This document shows positions 49,498 through 58,666 of a stretch of DNA of 64,000 nt, piece after piece. Origin of the DNA: Clostridia bacterium (lineage in GTDB: Bacteria > Bacillota > Clostridia > Oscillospirales > CAG-272); assembly GCA_017451485.1 (NCBI GenBank), contig JAFTOG010000013.1:527-64526 (forward strand), given 5' to 3'. Position 1 is the stretch's first letter; each line of letters begins with the position of its first letter. The position numbers were made by a program, and so were the translations under genes. The notes under the pieces are model-generated. The model searched no databases. It was not told where the DNA came from and saw nothing but the letters and a program-made list of their open reading frames with translations.

Positions 49498-50511
49498 TTA
49501 TTCTCCATAGCCGTCAGGGTTCTTTTTCTGCCAATTTGCAGAGTCTATGCACATTTTGTCGATATCGAATTTTGCCTTCCATCCAAGTACTGTATATGCC
49601 TTTGTGGGGTCAGCATAGCATTCATCTATATCACCAGGGCGACGAGGACAAATCTCGTACTTTACAGAGAGTCCTGTTGCCTTTTCATAAGCTTTTACAA
49701 TATCAAGAACCGAATAACCGTTTCCTGTACCTATATTGAAATGCTCAATACCTGTAACCTGCTTTGCTCTGTCAAGAGCCTTAAGATGTGCATCTGCAAG
49801 ATCAACTACATGAATATAGTCACGAACTCCTGTACCGTCGTGTGTATTATAATCATTTCCAAAAACACTTAGATGATCGTATTTACCGGACGCAACCTTA
49901 ACAATATAGGGCAAAAGATTGTTAGGAATGCCCTTAGGATCCTCACCGATAAGACCACTTTCGTGAGCACCGATGGGATTGAAATAACGAAGAATAGAAA
50001 CACTCCACTCAGGATCGGACACCACGATATCAGAGAGTATTCTCTCTATCATAAGCTTGGTCTCACCATATGGATTAGTTGTTGAAAGGGGAAAATCCTC
50101 TCTTATCGGTACACTTTCGGGCTTACCATATACGGTGGCAGAGGATGAAAATACTATTCTTTTACATCCATTATCCGACATAGCCTTAGTAAGATTAAGT
50201 GTACCTGTAATATTGTTATGATAATAAAGCATAGGCTTAGCAACACTTTCTCCTACTGCCTTAAGACCTGCAAAATGAATTACTGAATCAATATTGTTCT
50301 CTTTGAATATAGCATCAACAGCATCAAAATCGAGTAAATCAGCCTTATAAAACTTAACCTCCTTGCCTGTTATAGCCTTAATCCGATCAAGAACACAAAG
50401 TTTGGAATTGCAAAGATTATCAAGAATAATAACCTCTCTACCATCATTCAAAAGCTCTACAACAGTATGAGAGCCAATAAAACCTGTACCACCTGTAACT
50501 AAAATAGCCAT
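49498..50511 (-). CDS. galE: UDP-glucose 4-epimerase
   Basis: Start re-set to ATG 50511 with AAAGGAG SD. VTGGTGFIGSH, YGETKLM (YxxxK). Confidence 0.93.
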   Translation of the reverse strand: MAILVTGGTGFIGSHTVVELLNDGREVIILDNLCNSKLCVLDRIKAITGKEVKFYKADLLDFDAVDAIFKENNIDSVIHFAGLKAVGESVAKPMLYYHNNITGTLNLTKAMSDNGCKRIVFSSSATVYGKPESVPIREDFPLSTTNPYGETKLMIERILSDIVVSDPEWSVSILRYFNPIGAHESGLIGEDPKGIPNNLLPYIVKVASGKYDHLSVFGNDYNTHDGTGVRDYIHVVDLADAHLKALDRAKQVTGIEHFNIGTGNGYSVLDIVKAYEKATGLSVKYEICPRRPGDIDECYADPTKAYTVLGWKAKFDIDKMCIDSANWQKKNPDGYGE

Positions 50512-50591
50512 TGGTTTTTCTCCTTTACATTTTTCTATATATCTATGATATAACATTTAAGAAAAAAAATCAATATATTTACAAAATTATA

Positions 50592-50620
50592 TTGACAAAA
50601 GAATATAATTTTGATATGAT
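50592..50620 (+). promoter_or_regulatory. sigma-A promoter of the Crp/Fnr-ABC operon
   Basis: TTGACA (50592-50597), 17 nt, TATGAT (50615-50620). Confidence 0.6.
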
Positions 50621-50633
50621 ATTTGTATCATAT
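50614..50633. promoter_or_regulatory. 8-4-8 perfect palindrome overlapping the -10 (candidate Crp/Fnr-type site)
   Basis: ATATGATA-TTTG-TATCATAT. The core TGATA-N4-TATCA has the 5-4-5 geometry of Fnr-type sites. Confidence 0.5.
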
Positions 50634-50653
50634 GATACACTTTTGGAGAATTT

Positions 50654-51286
50654 ATGAAAAATACAAAAGAAATTTTATCAAATATTTTCCTTTTTGAAAA
50701 CATAAGTGATACTATAATCAATAAATGCTGTAGCTTTGACGGATGCAATATAGTAGAATACTTATCCGGAGATATAATGCAGGATTTTAAATCGGAACAA
50801 AATATTGGAATTCTATTGAATGGAAAAGCCTCGATAATATCAGGTGATGACGGAGTTATAATTCGCAAGCTTGTGAAGGACGATATATACGGGGTAGCAA
50901 AGATTTTTGATAATCAAAATCATCTTACAAAAATTGTTGCAACAAGTAAATGTTCAGTTCTTATAATCAACAAGATTTTTATAGAAAAATGTATTGAAGC
51001 AGATAAAAATATAGCTTTGAACTACATTAAATTACTTGCAAAAAAAATAGGGTTCCTTAATAAAAAAATCAGTGCATATACTGCGAAAACTACAGACAAC
51101 AAATTATACACTTATCTTCTTCAATTACCGAGAAATGATAATAAACTTGTATTAAGTACGGACTTTTCTGCAATTGCCAAAATGCTTGGAATAGGAAGAG
51201 CTTCTCTATACAGAGCATTTGACAAGCTTGAAAAAGACGGATTAATAATAAAAAAAAATAAAGAAATTATATTAAAAGAGGTATAA
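50654..51286 (+). CDS. Crp/Fnr-family transcriptional regulator
   Basis: N-terminal cNMP-binding-like beta-roll. C-terminal HTH IAKMLGIGRASLYRAFDKLEKDGLI. Confidence 0.8.
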   Translation: MKNTKEILSNIFLFENISDTIINKCCSFDGCNIVEYLSGDIMQDFKSEQNIGILLNGKASIISGDDGVIIRKLVKDDIYGVAKIFDNQNHLTKIVATSKCSVLIINKIFIEKCIEADKNIALNYIKLLAKKIGFLNKKISAYTAKTTDNKLYTYLLQLPRNDNKLVLSTDFSAIAKMLGIGRASLYRAFDKLEKDGLIIKKNKEIILKEV

Positions 51287-51291
51287 AAGTT

Positions 51292-52266
51292 ATGAAAAAG
51301 TTAATTTCAGTAATTTTGGCAATTGTCTTAATTGCATCATCAATCCTTGCATTCTCTGCTTGTGGAGAAAACAAAACAGACGGAGAGATAAATGTAGCTA
51401 CATTGAATGGTACAACCGGATTTGGAATGGCTCAATTAATGAAAGAAAGCAGCCTTGGAAACACATCCAACAAATACAACTTTTCAGTTGAATCTGACCC
51501 CAGCGTTGTAATGGCAGGTCTTATAAATGGTAATATTGATATTGCAGCTCTTCCTACTAATGCAGCAGCAAATGTATACAGCAAAACCAATGGAAATGTA
51601 CAAATAATCGCTATAAATACTCTTGGCGTTCTTTATGTACTTACAAATGGTGTCGAGATAAATTCTATCTCCGATCTTGAAGGTAAAACTATATACTGCC
51701 CTTCTCAGAATCCTACATTTATTACAAAATATATAATCAAAGAAAATAATCTTGAAAATAAGGTAACTATAGATTCTACAACATATGCAACTCCTGATGC
51801 TTTAAGAACTGCTGTTATAGCGGGACAGGTAGAAATAGCAGTTCTTCCCGAGCCTATGGTAACAATAGTTAAGGCTAATAATTCAAATATAAAGGTTGCT
51901 TTGGACTTGACATCCGAATGGAACAAGGTTTCCGATGGCAAACAGCTTGTACAGGGATGTGTAGTAGTTAGAAAGGAATTTGCAGATCAGTATCCCGGAA
52001 GCGTAAACGAATTTCTTAAGGATTACGAGGAGTCTATTAACTATATTAACGAAAACCCAGCCAATGGAGCATCATATATTAAAGAATTTAATATTTTTGC
52101 TAATGAAAATGTAGCAAAAAATGCAATTCCCAAATGCAATATTGCATATATGGACGGCGATGAAATGAAGGAGGCTATGGATAACTTTCTTAAGGCTATG
52201 TATTCTGTAGCACCCGCAAGCATTGGAAATGCTATTCCGGGTGATGATTTCTACTATGGTGCATAA
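51292..52266 (+). CDS. ABC transporter substrate-binding lipoprotein (NMT1/THI5-TauA-like)
   Basis: Lipobox LAFSACGEN. About 324 aa periplasmic-binding fold. Followed by permease and ATPase genes. Confidence 0.72.
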   Translation: MKKLISVILAIVLIASSILAFSACGENKTDGEINVATLNGTTGFGMAQLMKESSLGNTSNKYNFSVESDPSVVMAGLINGNIDIAALPTNAAANVYSKTNGNVQIIAINTLGVLYVLTNGVEINSISDLEGKTIYCPSQNPTFITKYIIKENNLENKVTIDSTTYATPDALRTAVIAGQVEIAVLPEPMVTIVKANNSNIKVALDLTSEWNKVSDGKQLVQGCVVVRKEFADQYPGSVNEFLKDYEESINYINENPANGASYIKEFNIFANENVAKNAIPKCNIAYMDGDEMKEAMDNFLKAMYSVAPASIGNAIPGDDFYYGA

Positions 52267-53032
52267 GCTTAACAAACCATTAAAAATAATATTAATTGCT
52301 TTATTTTGGTTTGGAATATGGGAGATTGCATCTTTAATTATAGGTCCTATATTTTTTCCTTCTCCTATAGATGTTATTATTAGGATATTTGAGCTTATAA
52401 AAACGGGTGATTTTTTTATAGATGTTCTCTATTCTCTCGGGAGAGTTGGGCTTGGTATTGTAATAGCAATAGTTTTAGGCTCTATAATAGCACTTTTGTG
52501 CTCATTTCAGCATATTGCATATGAAATCATCTCTCCTCTGGTTTCAATTATTAAATCAACCCCTGTAGCCTCATTTATTATTCTCATATGGATATTTATT
52601 GGTAATAATGTAACTCCAGTTGTTATTTCTGCACTTATGGTTTTTCCTATTGTTTTTACAAATTTATATCAGGGAATGAAAAGTGTTGATATCGGACTTT
52701 TAGAAGTGTGTAGGCTTTATAAAATTTCAAGAAAGAAAATTATAAAGTCCTTATATATACCTACTATTACTCCGTATTTTATATCTTCTCTGCTTTCATC
52801 AATAGGTCTTGGCTGGAAGGCGGGAATAGCAGCTGAGGTATTATGTGTACCTTTGCGTTCAATAGGAAAAGCTATTTTTGAATCAAAGCAATACTTTAAT
52901 TACGCAGATTTATTTGCATGGACTGCTACAGTAATTATTTTAAGCTTTATTTTTGAGGTGCTTCTTACCAAATTATTAAAAAAGCTTTTATCTAAGTATG
53001 TAAATAAGATAGGAGTATCTAATGGAAATTAA
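52256..53032 (+). CDS. ABC transporter permease (NitT/TauT-type)
   Basis: Start re-set to ATG 52256. Six hydrophobic helices with an EAA-like loop region. Confidence 0.78.
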   Translation: MVHKLNKPLKIILIALFWFGIWEIASLIIGPIFFPSPIDVIIRIFELIKTGDFFIDVLYSLGRVGLGIVIAIVLGSIIALLCSFQHIAYEIISPLVSIIKSTPVASFIILIWIFIGNNVTPVVISALMVFPIVFTNLYQGMKSVDIGLLEVCRLYKISRKKIIKSLYIPTITPYFISSLLSSIGLGWKAGIAAEVLCVPLRSIGKAIFESKQYFNYADLFAWTATVIILSFIFEVLLTKLLKKLLSKYVNKIGVSNGN

Positions 53033-53579
53033 GAATTTAACAAAAAAATTCGGCAAAAAAACTGTTTTTGATAATTTTTCCATAAATATTCCTGATAGTA
53101 AAATAAGCTTTATTATGGGAGAAAGTGGATGCGGTAAAACAACATTAATACGCATAATTGCAGGACTCGATAAGAATTATACCGGTGAAATTGATAGTTT
53201 AAACGGTAGAATCAGCTATGTTTTTCAAGAACCTCGCCTCTTTCCTTCACTTAATGTAAAGGAAAATATAGAGCTTGTAGAAAAAGGATGCACAGGCTCT
53301 ATAGATGATATATTAAAGCTTATTGAGCTTGATAAAGATGCCGAGCTTTATCCATATGAGCTGTCCGGAGGAATGAAAATGCGTCTTTCTCTTGGTCGGG
53401 CATTGTATTACAATGGAGATATATTTATAATGGATGAACCTTTCTCTGCTTTGGATGAAAAGCTTAAAAACAGATTATTACCTATAATATTCGAAACACT
53501 AAAAGGTAAAACAATAATAATTGTTTCTCATAATATCGATGAGGCTAATAAATATGCTGATAAAATTATAACTCTATAA
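53022..53579 (+). CDS. ABC transporter ATP-binding protein (compact, 185 aa)
   Basis: Walker A GESGCGKTT, signature LSGGMKMR, Walker B IFIMDEP, H-loop VSHN. Confidence 0.85.
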   Translation: MEIKNLTKKFGKKTVFDNFSINIPDSKISFIMGESGCGKTTLIRIIAGLDKNYTGEIDSLNGRISYVFQEPRLFPSLNVKENIELVEKGCTGSIDDILKLIELDKDAELYPYELSGGMKMRLSLGRALYYNGDIFIMDEPFSALDEKLKNRLLPIIFETLKGKTIIIVSHNIDEANKYADKIITL

Positions 53580-53582
53580 ACA

Positions 53583-53611
53583 AAAAAGGTGTTGAAATCA
53601 ACACCTTTTTA
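53583..53611. terminator. bidirectional terminator (ABC operon / Cys-rich gene)
   Basis: AAAAGGTGTTGA / TCAACACCTTTT hairpin. Confidence 0.8.
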
Positions 53612-53618
53612 TACTTGT

Positions 53619-54467
53619 TTAATGACATCCACAGGAACCTTTACCGTGATTGTCGGGCTGATGAGAGCATCCGTTACCGAATTTATTTAGCATAGGGGGA
53701 CAAAATTCGTCTACTGGAAATGCCATAGATTTGAATAAAGTACATGGGTCATTTTCCTGAGCTGTAATACATTCCTTTTCGGGAATACAGCTTTCAACAG
53801 CATTAATAAGAAGCTGTGCTGGGCGTTCTATCCTTACAACTGAAAAGAATCCAAGAGAGACAACAAGAGTTTTATCTTCTCTCTCACAAAGCTTTCCGTG
53901 TACACTGTTTGTAACATATTCGGGAATATCATCCAAGCAGCAACAGCAGCAGCATGGAAATACATGTGGCTCAACTACCTTTACATTAAGTACTACTGGG
54001 TCTACAGTTTCTATAACTGCGATGGGAAGATTATTTGTCCTTGTACAATCACAGCTTATCTCAGGACAGAAGCCTGATTTTCCGGGTTCACTCTTAAATA
54101 TATTTACATTTCCCTCGCTACCGAAAAGCACTACCTTCTTTTCGACTACTGCAATACCTTCAAATTCCTGTATATTTCCCTGCGACAAGCATGCTTCAAA
54201 GGATATCTTTACATATATTTTGATATCAAGCTGATAAAAACCTCTATTAAAAGGAACCTCACTTACATCAATATATGCGGAAACTATCTTAGAGCAGGTT
54301 GCCCTTATGGTGGATGTGCGTTCAATTATCTCCTCTCCAAAATCCGTAAGATATACCTTGACATTTTCAAAGCAATCCTTATCTCTGCAGGAATCAAGGA
54401 TTCTATATGTGTCAATACAGATATTTTCTCTGCCATGAGGATTTGAACAAAGTCTGTTATCCGGCAT
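53619..54467 (-). CDS. cysteine-rich protein of unknown function (282 aa, contains CCCCCC)
   Basis: Start re-set to ATG 54467 with GGAGG 8 nt upstream. The ORF-track extension to 54596 would run through the upstream gene's terminator. About 23 Cys by hand count. No signal peptide or TM segment. Confidence 0.7.
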   Translation of the reverse strand: MPDNRLCSNPHGRENICIDTYRILDSCRDKDCFENVKVYLTDFGEEIIERTSTIRATCSKIVSAYIDVSEVPFNRGFYQLDIKIYVKISFEACLSQGNIQEFEGIAVVEKKVVLFGSEGNVNIFKSEPGKSGFCPEISCDCTRTNNLPIAVIETVDPVVLNVKVVEPHVFPCCCCCCLDDIPEYVTNSVHGKLCEREDKTLVVSLGFFSVVRIERPAQLLINAVESCIPEKECITAQENDPCTLFKSMAFPVDEFCPPMLNKFGNGCSHQPDNHGKGSCGCH

Positions 54468-54551
54468 TATGTCTACCTCCTGTAATATTGAAGAAAAACT
54501 ACTCTTCTGTAATAGCATATGCAATATTACATAATTTGACATTTTATATGT

Positions 54552-54579
54552 AAAAAAGAACGCAGATGCGTTCTTTTTA
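54552..54579 (-). terminator. intrinsic terminator after the GDPD gene
   Basis: GAACGC / GCGTTC hairpin followed by TTTTTT on the minus strand. Confidence 0.7.
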
Positions 54580-55338
54580 ATATTTTTCCATAGCAATAAG
54601 CTTATTTTTTATATCTCCGGGGTTATTAGTTGTTATAAGCTTTGCACCATTTTCGATACATGTTTTCAGTTTACTTATTTGAGTAACTCCTGCTCCAACC
54701 CATATTTCGATATTATGGTCGGAAAGGAATTTATATATTTCCTTATTATCAATTTCCCATATACAAGCACAGTATAGGTATTCTGTAGGGTCTATATTTA
54801 CATTAAACATCTCATTATAGGGATAAAATCCGTGCAGAAGATACTTTTTACCGTATTTCCTATATATGTATTCAAGCACCCATGCATCAAAGCTATTTAA
54901 TACAACTCTATTAGTCATATTGAATTGCTCCACTAAGTCAATTATGTCCTCAATACATTTTATACAGCGTTTTGAATTTTCTTCACTATAATACTCCTTA
55001 ATTTCAATATTAAGAGTAATATTTTCCTTAGATGCCCAATTTATAAATTCATAAAAGGTCGGTACTTGCTCATAATTAATGCTATCTCCTGCATTAAGAA
55101 TAGCGATATCCTCATAACAAATTTCCGAGACCTTGCCTCTACTGTTTGTTGTTCTGTCCACTCGTTCGTCATGCATAATAACAAGAATATTATCCTTAGT
55201 GAGACGCACATCGGTTTCTATCATATCAGCACCTTCTTCTACTGCTTTTTTGAATGCTGTCATTGTATTTTCATAATAGTTATAACTGTCACCCCTATGA
55301 CCTGCTATTGACATTCTATCGTCTCTTGTAAGTCTCAT
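54577..55338 (-). CDS. glycerophosphodiester phosphodiesterase
   Basis: IAGHRGDS, ENTMTAFKKAVEEGADMIETDVRLTKD, IMHD. Confidence 0.85.
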   Translation of the reverse strand: MRLTRDDRMSIAGHRGDSYNYYENTMTAFKKAVEEGADMIETDVRLTKDNILVIMHDERVDRTTNSRGKVSEICYEDIAILNAGDSINYEQVPTFYEFINWASKENITLNIEIKEYYSEENSKRCIKCIEDIIDLVEQFNMTNRVVLNSFDAWVLEYIYRKYGKKYLLHGFYPYNEMFNVNIDPTEYLYCACIWEIDNKEIYKFLSDHNIEIWVGAGVTQISKLKTCIENGAKLITTNNPGDIKNKLIAMEKY

Positions 55339-55399
55339 AAATAACCTCCCATTTAATTTGGTATATGACTATTTTACTATACGAAAGAAAAAAAGTCAA

Positions 55400-55430
55400 C
55401 GAAAAACGAGAGCAGTTCTCTGCTCTCGTT
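55400..55430 (-). terminator. intrinsic terminator after the mini-ATPase gene
   Basis: AACGAGAGCAG / CTGCTCTCGTT hairpin. Confidence 0.7.
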
Positions 55431-55443
55431 GAATATTTATAAA

Positions 55444-55851
55444 TTAAAGATACTTTTTCATTGTATTTGTAATATTTTCGGTAGGCATAGAAACTGTCAT
55501 AACAACATTCATACCGTATTTAGAGGAAAGCTCATCAACTTCATCAACAAACTTATCAAATGCAGCCGTATCTCTCTGACAGATTCTATAAGTAGCATCA
55601 ATGAACAAATCAGTAATATCATGATTACTTGCCAAAAGTCCTGCAATAAAGCCATAAAGCTCACTGGCATTGGAAACCATATATTCATCGGAATTGATAA
55701 GTCTACAATTATAATTCAAGGTAAGCTGAAGGTTAGTACCCTTTTCGATACATACAACAGAGCCCTTTGTACTATCAAGTGCTGCATTGATCATTTCAAT
55801 AAGTGCTTTTGTTTTACCTGTGCCTTTAACACCAATAATAAGTTTAACCAT
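55444..55851 (-). CDS. stand-alone 135-aa P-loop NTPase of unknown function
   Basis: Walker A GVKGTGKT at residues 7-14, candidate Walker B DLFIDA. GGAGG SD. The opposite-strand ORF 55429-55881 is low-complexity and was rejected. Confidence 0.7.
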   Translation of the reverse strand: MVKLIIGVKGTGKTKALIEMINAALDSTKGSVVCIEKGTNLQLTLNYNCRLINSDEYMVSNASELYGFIAGLLASNHDITDLFIDATYRICQRDTAAFDKFVDEVDELSSKYGMNVVMTVSMPTENITNTMKKYL

Positions 55852-55885
55852 ATTATTAATCCTCCAAAATATAGTTTGTAATTAA

Positions 55886-55914
55886 ATTATACCTTATACG
55901 GCATGAAAAATCAA
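55886..55914 (-). promoter_or_regulatory. sigma-A promoter of the mini-ATPase gene
   Basis: Minus strand: TTGATT (55914-55909), 17 nt, TATAAT (55891-55886). Confidence 0.55.
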
Positions 55915-55981
55915 TACTTTTTGTGAAAAATATATAACTATTTAGTGAAAATTTGTCTATAAATTGTTGAATATATTACAT

Positions 55982-56013
55982 AAAAGAAATCGGCTACAAA
56001 AAAGTAGCCGATT
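55982..56013 (-). terminator. intrinsic terminator after pgi
   Basis: AATCGGCTAC / GTAGCCGATT hairpin. Confidence 0.75.
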
Positions 56014-56019
56014 ATATTA

Positions 56020-57360
56020 TTATTGCATTCTATCAAGAAGCTCTTTTCTTAAATCCTCATATCCATCCTTGCCAAGGAGTGCAAACATATTTTTCTTGTA
56101 GCTTTCAACACCGGGCTGATTAAATGGGTTAACCTTAAGAGTATATCCAGATACAGCACATGCATATTCAAAGAAATATGCCATATAACCAAATGAATAA
56201 GGACTTCTGTTCTTAAGCTCAATAACAAGATTAGGAACCTTACCGTCAGAGTGAGCAAACAACGTACCAAGCATAGCTGTCTGGTTTACATAATGAAGTT
56301 CCTTACCTGACAAGAAATTAAGCTTATCAATATTGTCAGGATCATGGGGAATTATAACAGTATCTTTGGACTCCTTGATATCAAGAACAGTCTCAAACAT
56401 ATGACGGGGACCATCCTGAATGTACTGACCAAGAGAATGGAGATCTGTTGAGAAGATTGCTGATGAGGGGAATATACCCTTTCCATCCTTACCTTCACTC
56501 TCACCGTATAACTGCTTCCACCACTCACAGAACATCTGTGCACAGGGCTCATATGCTACAAGCATTTCAGTTGTTTTACTCTTACGGTACAGAATATTTC
56601 TGATAGCAGCATATCTTAATGCATTGTTATCATCTACATCCTTTTTCTCGCAAGCAAGCATGGAATCACGTGCACCATCCATCATGGCATCGATATCAAC
56701 TCCGGCAACTGCGATAGGCAAAAGTCCAACGGCAGTAAGAACTGAGAATCTGCCACCTACATCATCGGGAACTACAAAGGTCTCGTATCCCATATCATCG
56801 GAAAAGCTCTTAAGAGTACCCTTCGCTTTATCTGTTGTTGCAAAAATTCTCTCTCTTGCTCCGTCTTTACCGTATTTTTTCTCAAGAAGGTCTCTGAATA
56901 CACGGAATGCTACAGCAGGCTCTGTTGTTGTACCTGATTTAGAAACGACATTTACGCATATATCTCTTCCCTCACAAATTCTCAAAATGTTTGCAAGAGC
57001 TGATGAGCTTATAGAATTACCTGCAAAATAGATATCGGGTGTTTCCTTTTTCTTAAGATTATTATAGTAAGGTGTTCTGATAAATTCGATAGCCGCTCTT
57101 GCTCCGAGATAGGATCCACCAATACCAATAACTACGAAAACATCACAGGATTTACGAATTTTCTCTGCTGCTTTCTTTATTCTTACAAATTCTTCCCTGT
57201 CGTAATTTTCGGGAAGGTCAAGCCATCCTAAGAAAGCGTTACCTGCTCCTGATTTCTCTGTAAGAGTAGTCTGTGCTTTATAAATTTCCTCGGAGATACC
57301 TTTAATATCTTCCTCGGTTACATAATTTTTAAGAAATTTCTCATTTAATGATAATGTCAT
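56020..57360 (-). CDS. pgi: glucose-6-phosphate isomerase
   Basis: 446-aa Firmicute-type PGI with [35 protein letters not shown]. Confidence 0.93.
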   Translation of the reverse strand: MTLSLNEKFLKNYVTEEDIKGISEEIYKAQTTLTEKSGAGNAFLGWLDLPENYDREEFVRIKKAAEKIRKSCDVFVVIGIGGSYLGARAAIEFIRTPYYNNLKKKETPDIYFAGNSISSSALANILRICEGRDICVNVVSKSGTTTEPAVAFRVFRDLLEKKYGKDGARERIFATTDKAKGTLKSFSDDMGYETFVVPDDVGGRFSVLTAVGLLPIAVAGVDIDAMMDGARDSMLACEKKDVDDNNALRYAAIRNILYRKSKTTEMLVAYEPCAQMFCEWWKQLYGESEGKDGKGIFPSSAIFSTDLHSLGQYIQDGPRHMFETVLDIKESKDTVIIPHDPDNIDKLNFLSGKELHYVNQTAMLGTLFAHSDGKVPNLVIELKNRSPYSFGYMAYFFEYACAVSGYTLKVNPFNQPGVESYKKNMFALLGKDGYEDLRKELLDRMQ

Positions 57361-57444
57361 TTCTTATTTCCTCCGTTTATATATGCCTGTGTTTTAATAC
57401 CATTATATAATACTATAAAAATATGGAAAATTCAACACTTTTTA

Positions 57445-58593
57445 TCAATTTAATACAAATTTTTTGAATACGGAAGATATATACCAGATAAAATCGATTT
57501 TCTCTACGCTTTCAGTACAATATATATTATCCTCACCTATAATTTCTCCATCTAGCTTATATATTATACTTCCAACAACATCGCCATTTCTTAATGGTGC
57601 TTTGATATTTTCATTAAGTTTGATTTCTTTTTCAACGCTTGATCCCTTACCTTTGGGAATTAAAATGTCATATCCATCATGCGTTACATTTACAAAATCC
57701 GTTTTCCCGTTACTTACGGAAACGGGTGCAAGCTCTGTATTTGCATTATTATAAATTTCGTATTTTGCAAAGCCATAATCTAAAAGCTTTACTGCAGTTG
57801 CGTTTCTTGTCTGTGATGTATCGGAGCCCATTATTACTGATATAAGATGTAAGCCATCTCTTTTTGCAGTAGCACTGATGCAAAATCCCGCTTTAGAGGT
57901 TGATCCTGTTTTTAAGCCGGTTGCTCCTCTGTAAAATCTGATTAGCTTATTAGTATTTGATAGCCCAAATTCTCCATTTCTTACGGTATCCATCCATATA
58001 GTTGTATAATCTGTAATTCTTTCATGCTTTAATAATTCCCTTGACATAAGAGCAATATCGTAGGCTGTAGTAAGATGTAATGATGTATCATCATCAAGCC
58101 CGGTAGCATTTTCAAAAAAAGTATTTGTCATACCAAGCTCCCGTGCTCTTTTATTCATCATATATACGAAGGATTCCTCGCTTCCTCCCACATATTCTGC
58201 AAGAGCTACGGCACCGTCATTAGCAGATGCTATCACAACACTTTTGATTAAATCCTCAACACACATTTGCTCTCCTGACTCAAGAAATATCTGTGAGCCT
58301 CCCATTGAAGCTGCATTTTCGCTTACTGTTACCATATCATCCATCTTTATTTTTCCTTCATCCAATGCTTCGAATACTAATAATAAAGTCATTATCTTAG
58401 TAACAGAAGCCGGAGGAAGCTTCTCATCCTTGTTTTTCTCATACAAAACAGAACCGGTGTTTGCATCCATAAGTACAACACTTTTTGCATTGATTTCAAG
58501 CTCATTGCTATCTACATCCATAGCGTATACATTTAACGGTATACATAAGATTATCAATAGAAATAAGATTGCAATTTTTGTTTTATTCATCAT
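57445..58593 (-). CDS. D-alanyl-D-alanine carboxypeptidase (S11, PBP5/DacB-DacF type)
   Basis: Signal peptide. SVTKIMT (SxxK), SANDGA (SxN), KTGST (KTG). Confidence 0.88.
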   Translation of the reverse strand: MMNKTKIAILFLLIILCIPLNVYAMDVDSNELEINAKSVVLMDANTGSVLYEKNKDEKLPPASVTKIMTLLLVFEALDEGKIKMDDMVTVSENAASMGGSQIFLESGEQMCVEDLIKSVVIASANDGAVALAEYVGGSEESFVYMMNKRARELGMTNTFFENATGLDDDTSLHLTTAYDIALMSRELLKHERITDYTTIWMDTVRNGEFGLSNTNKLIRFYRGATGLKTGSTSKAGFCISATAKRDGLHLISVIMGSDTSQTRNATAVKLLDYGFAKYEIYNNANTELAPVSVSNGKTDFVNVTHDGYDILIPKGKGSSVEKEIKLNENIKAPLRNGDVVGSIIYKLDGEIIGEDNIYCTESVEKIDFIWYISSVFKKFVLN

Positions 58594-58629
58594 TATATCA
58601 CCTCGAAATAATCTTATTCCACATAATAT

Positions 58630-58666
58630 AAAAAAATGCCGATGTAAACTAAGTTACATACGGCAT
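58630..58666 (-). terminator. intrinsic terminator after the small lipoprotein gene
   Basis: ATGCCGATGTAA / TTACATaCGGCAT hairpin followed by TTTTTT on the minus strand. Confidence 0.7.

Noticed and set aside
50557-51291. TPP riboswitch in front of the NMT1/THI5-like ABC transporter
   Set aside because: I could not find the conserved CUGAGA / ACCUGAUCUGGAUAAUGCCAGCG-type core. The upstream space is occupied by a Crp/Fnr gene with a 5-nt gap to the SBP gene.
54468-54596. N-terminal extension of the Cys-rich ORF (track start 54596)
   Set aside because: It would read through the hairpin terminator of the upstream GDPD gene and overlap that gene's 3' end. A GGAGG SD sits 8 nt upstream of the internal ATG 54467.
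55429-55881. 150-aa plus-strand ORF overlapping the mini-ATPase gene
   Set aside because: It has a low-complexity, Cys/Ile/Asn-rich translation with no motif or SD. The minus-strand frame has a Walker A, an SD, a promoter and a terminator.
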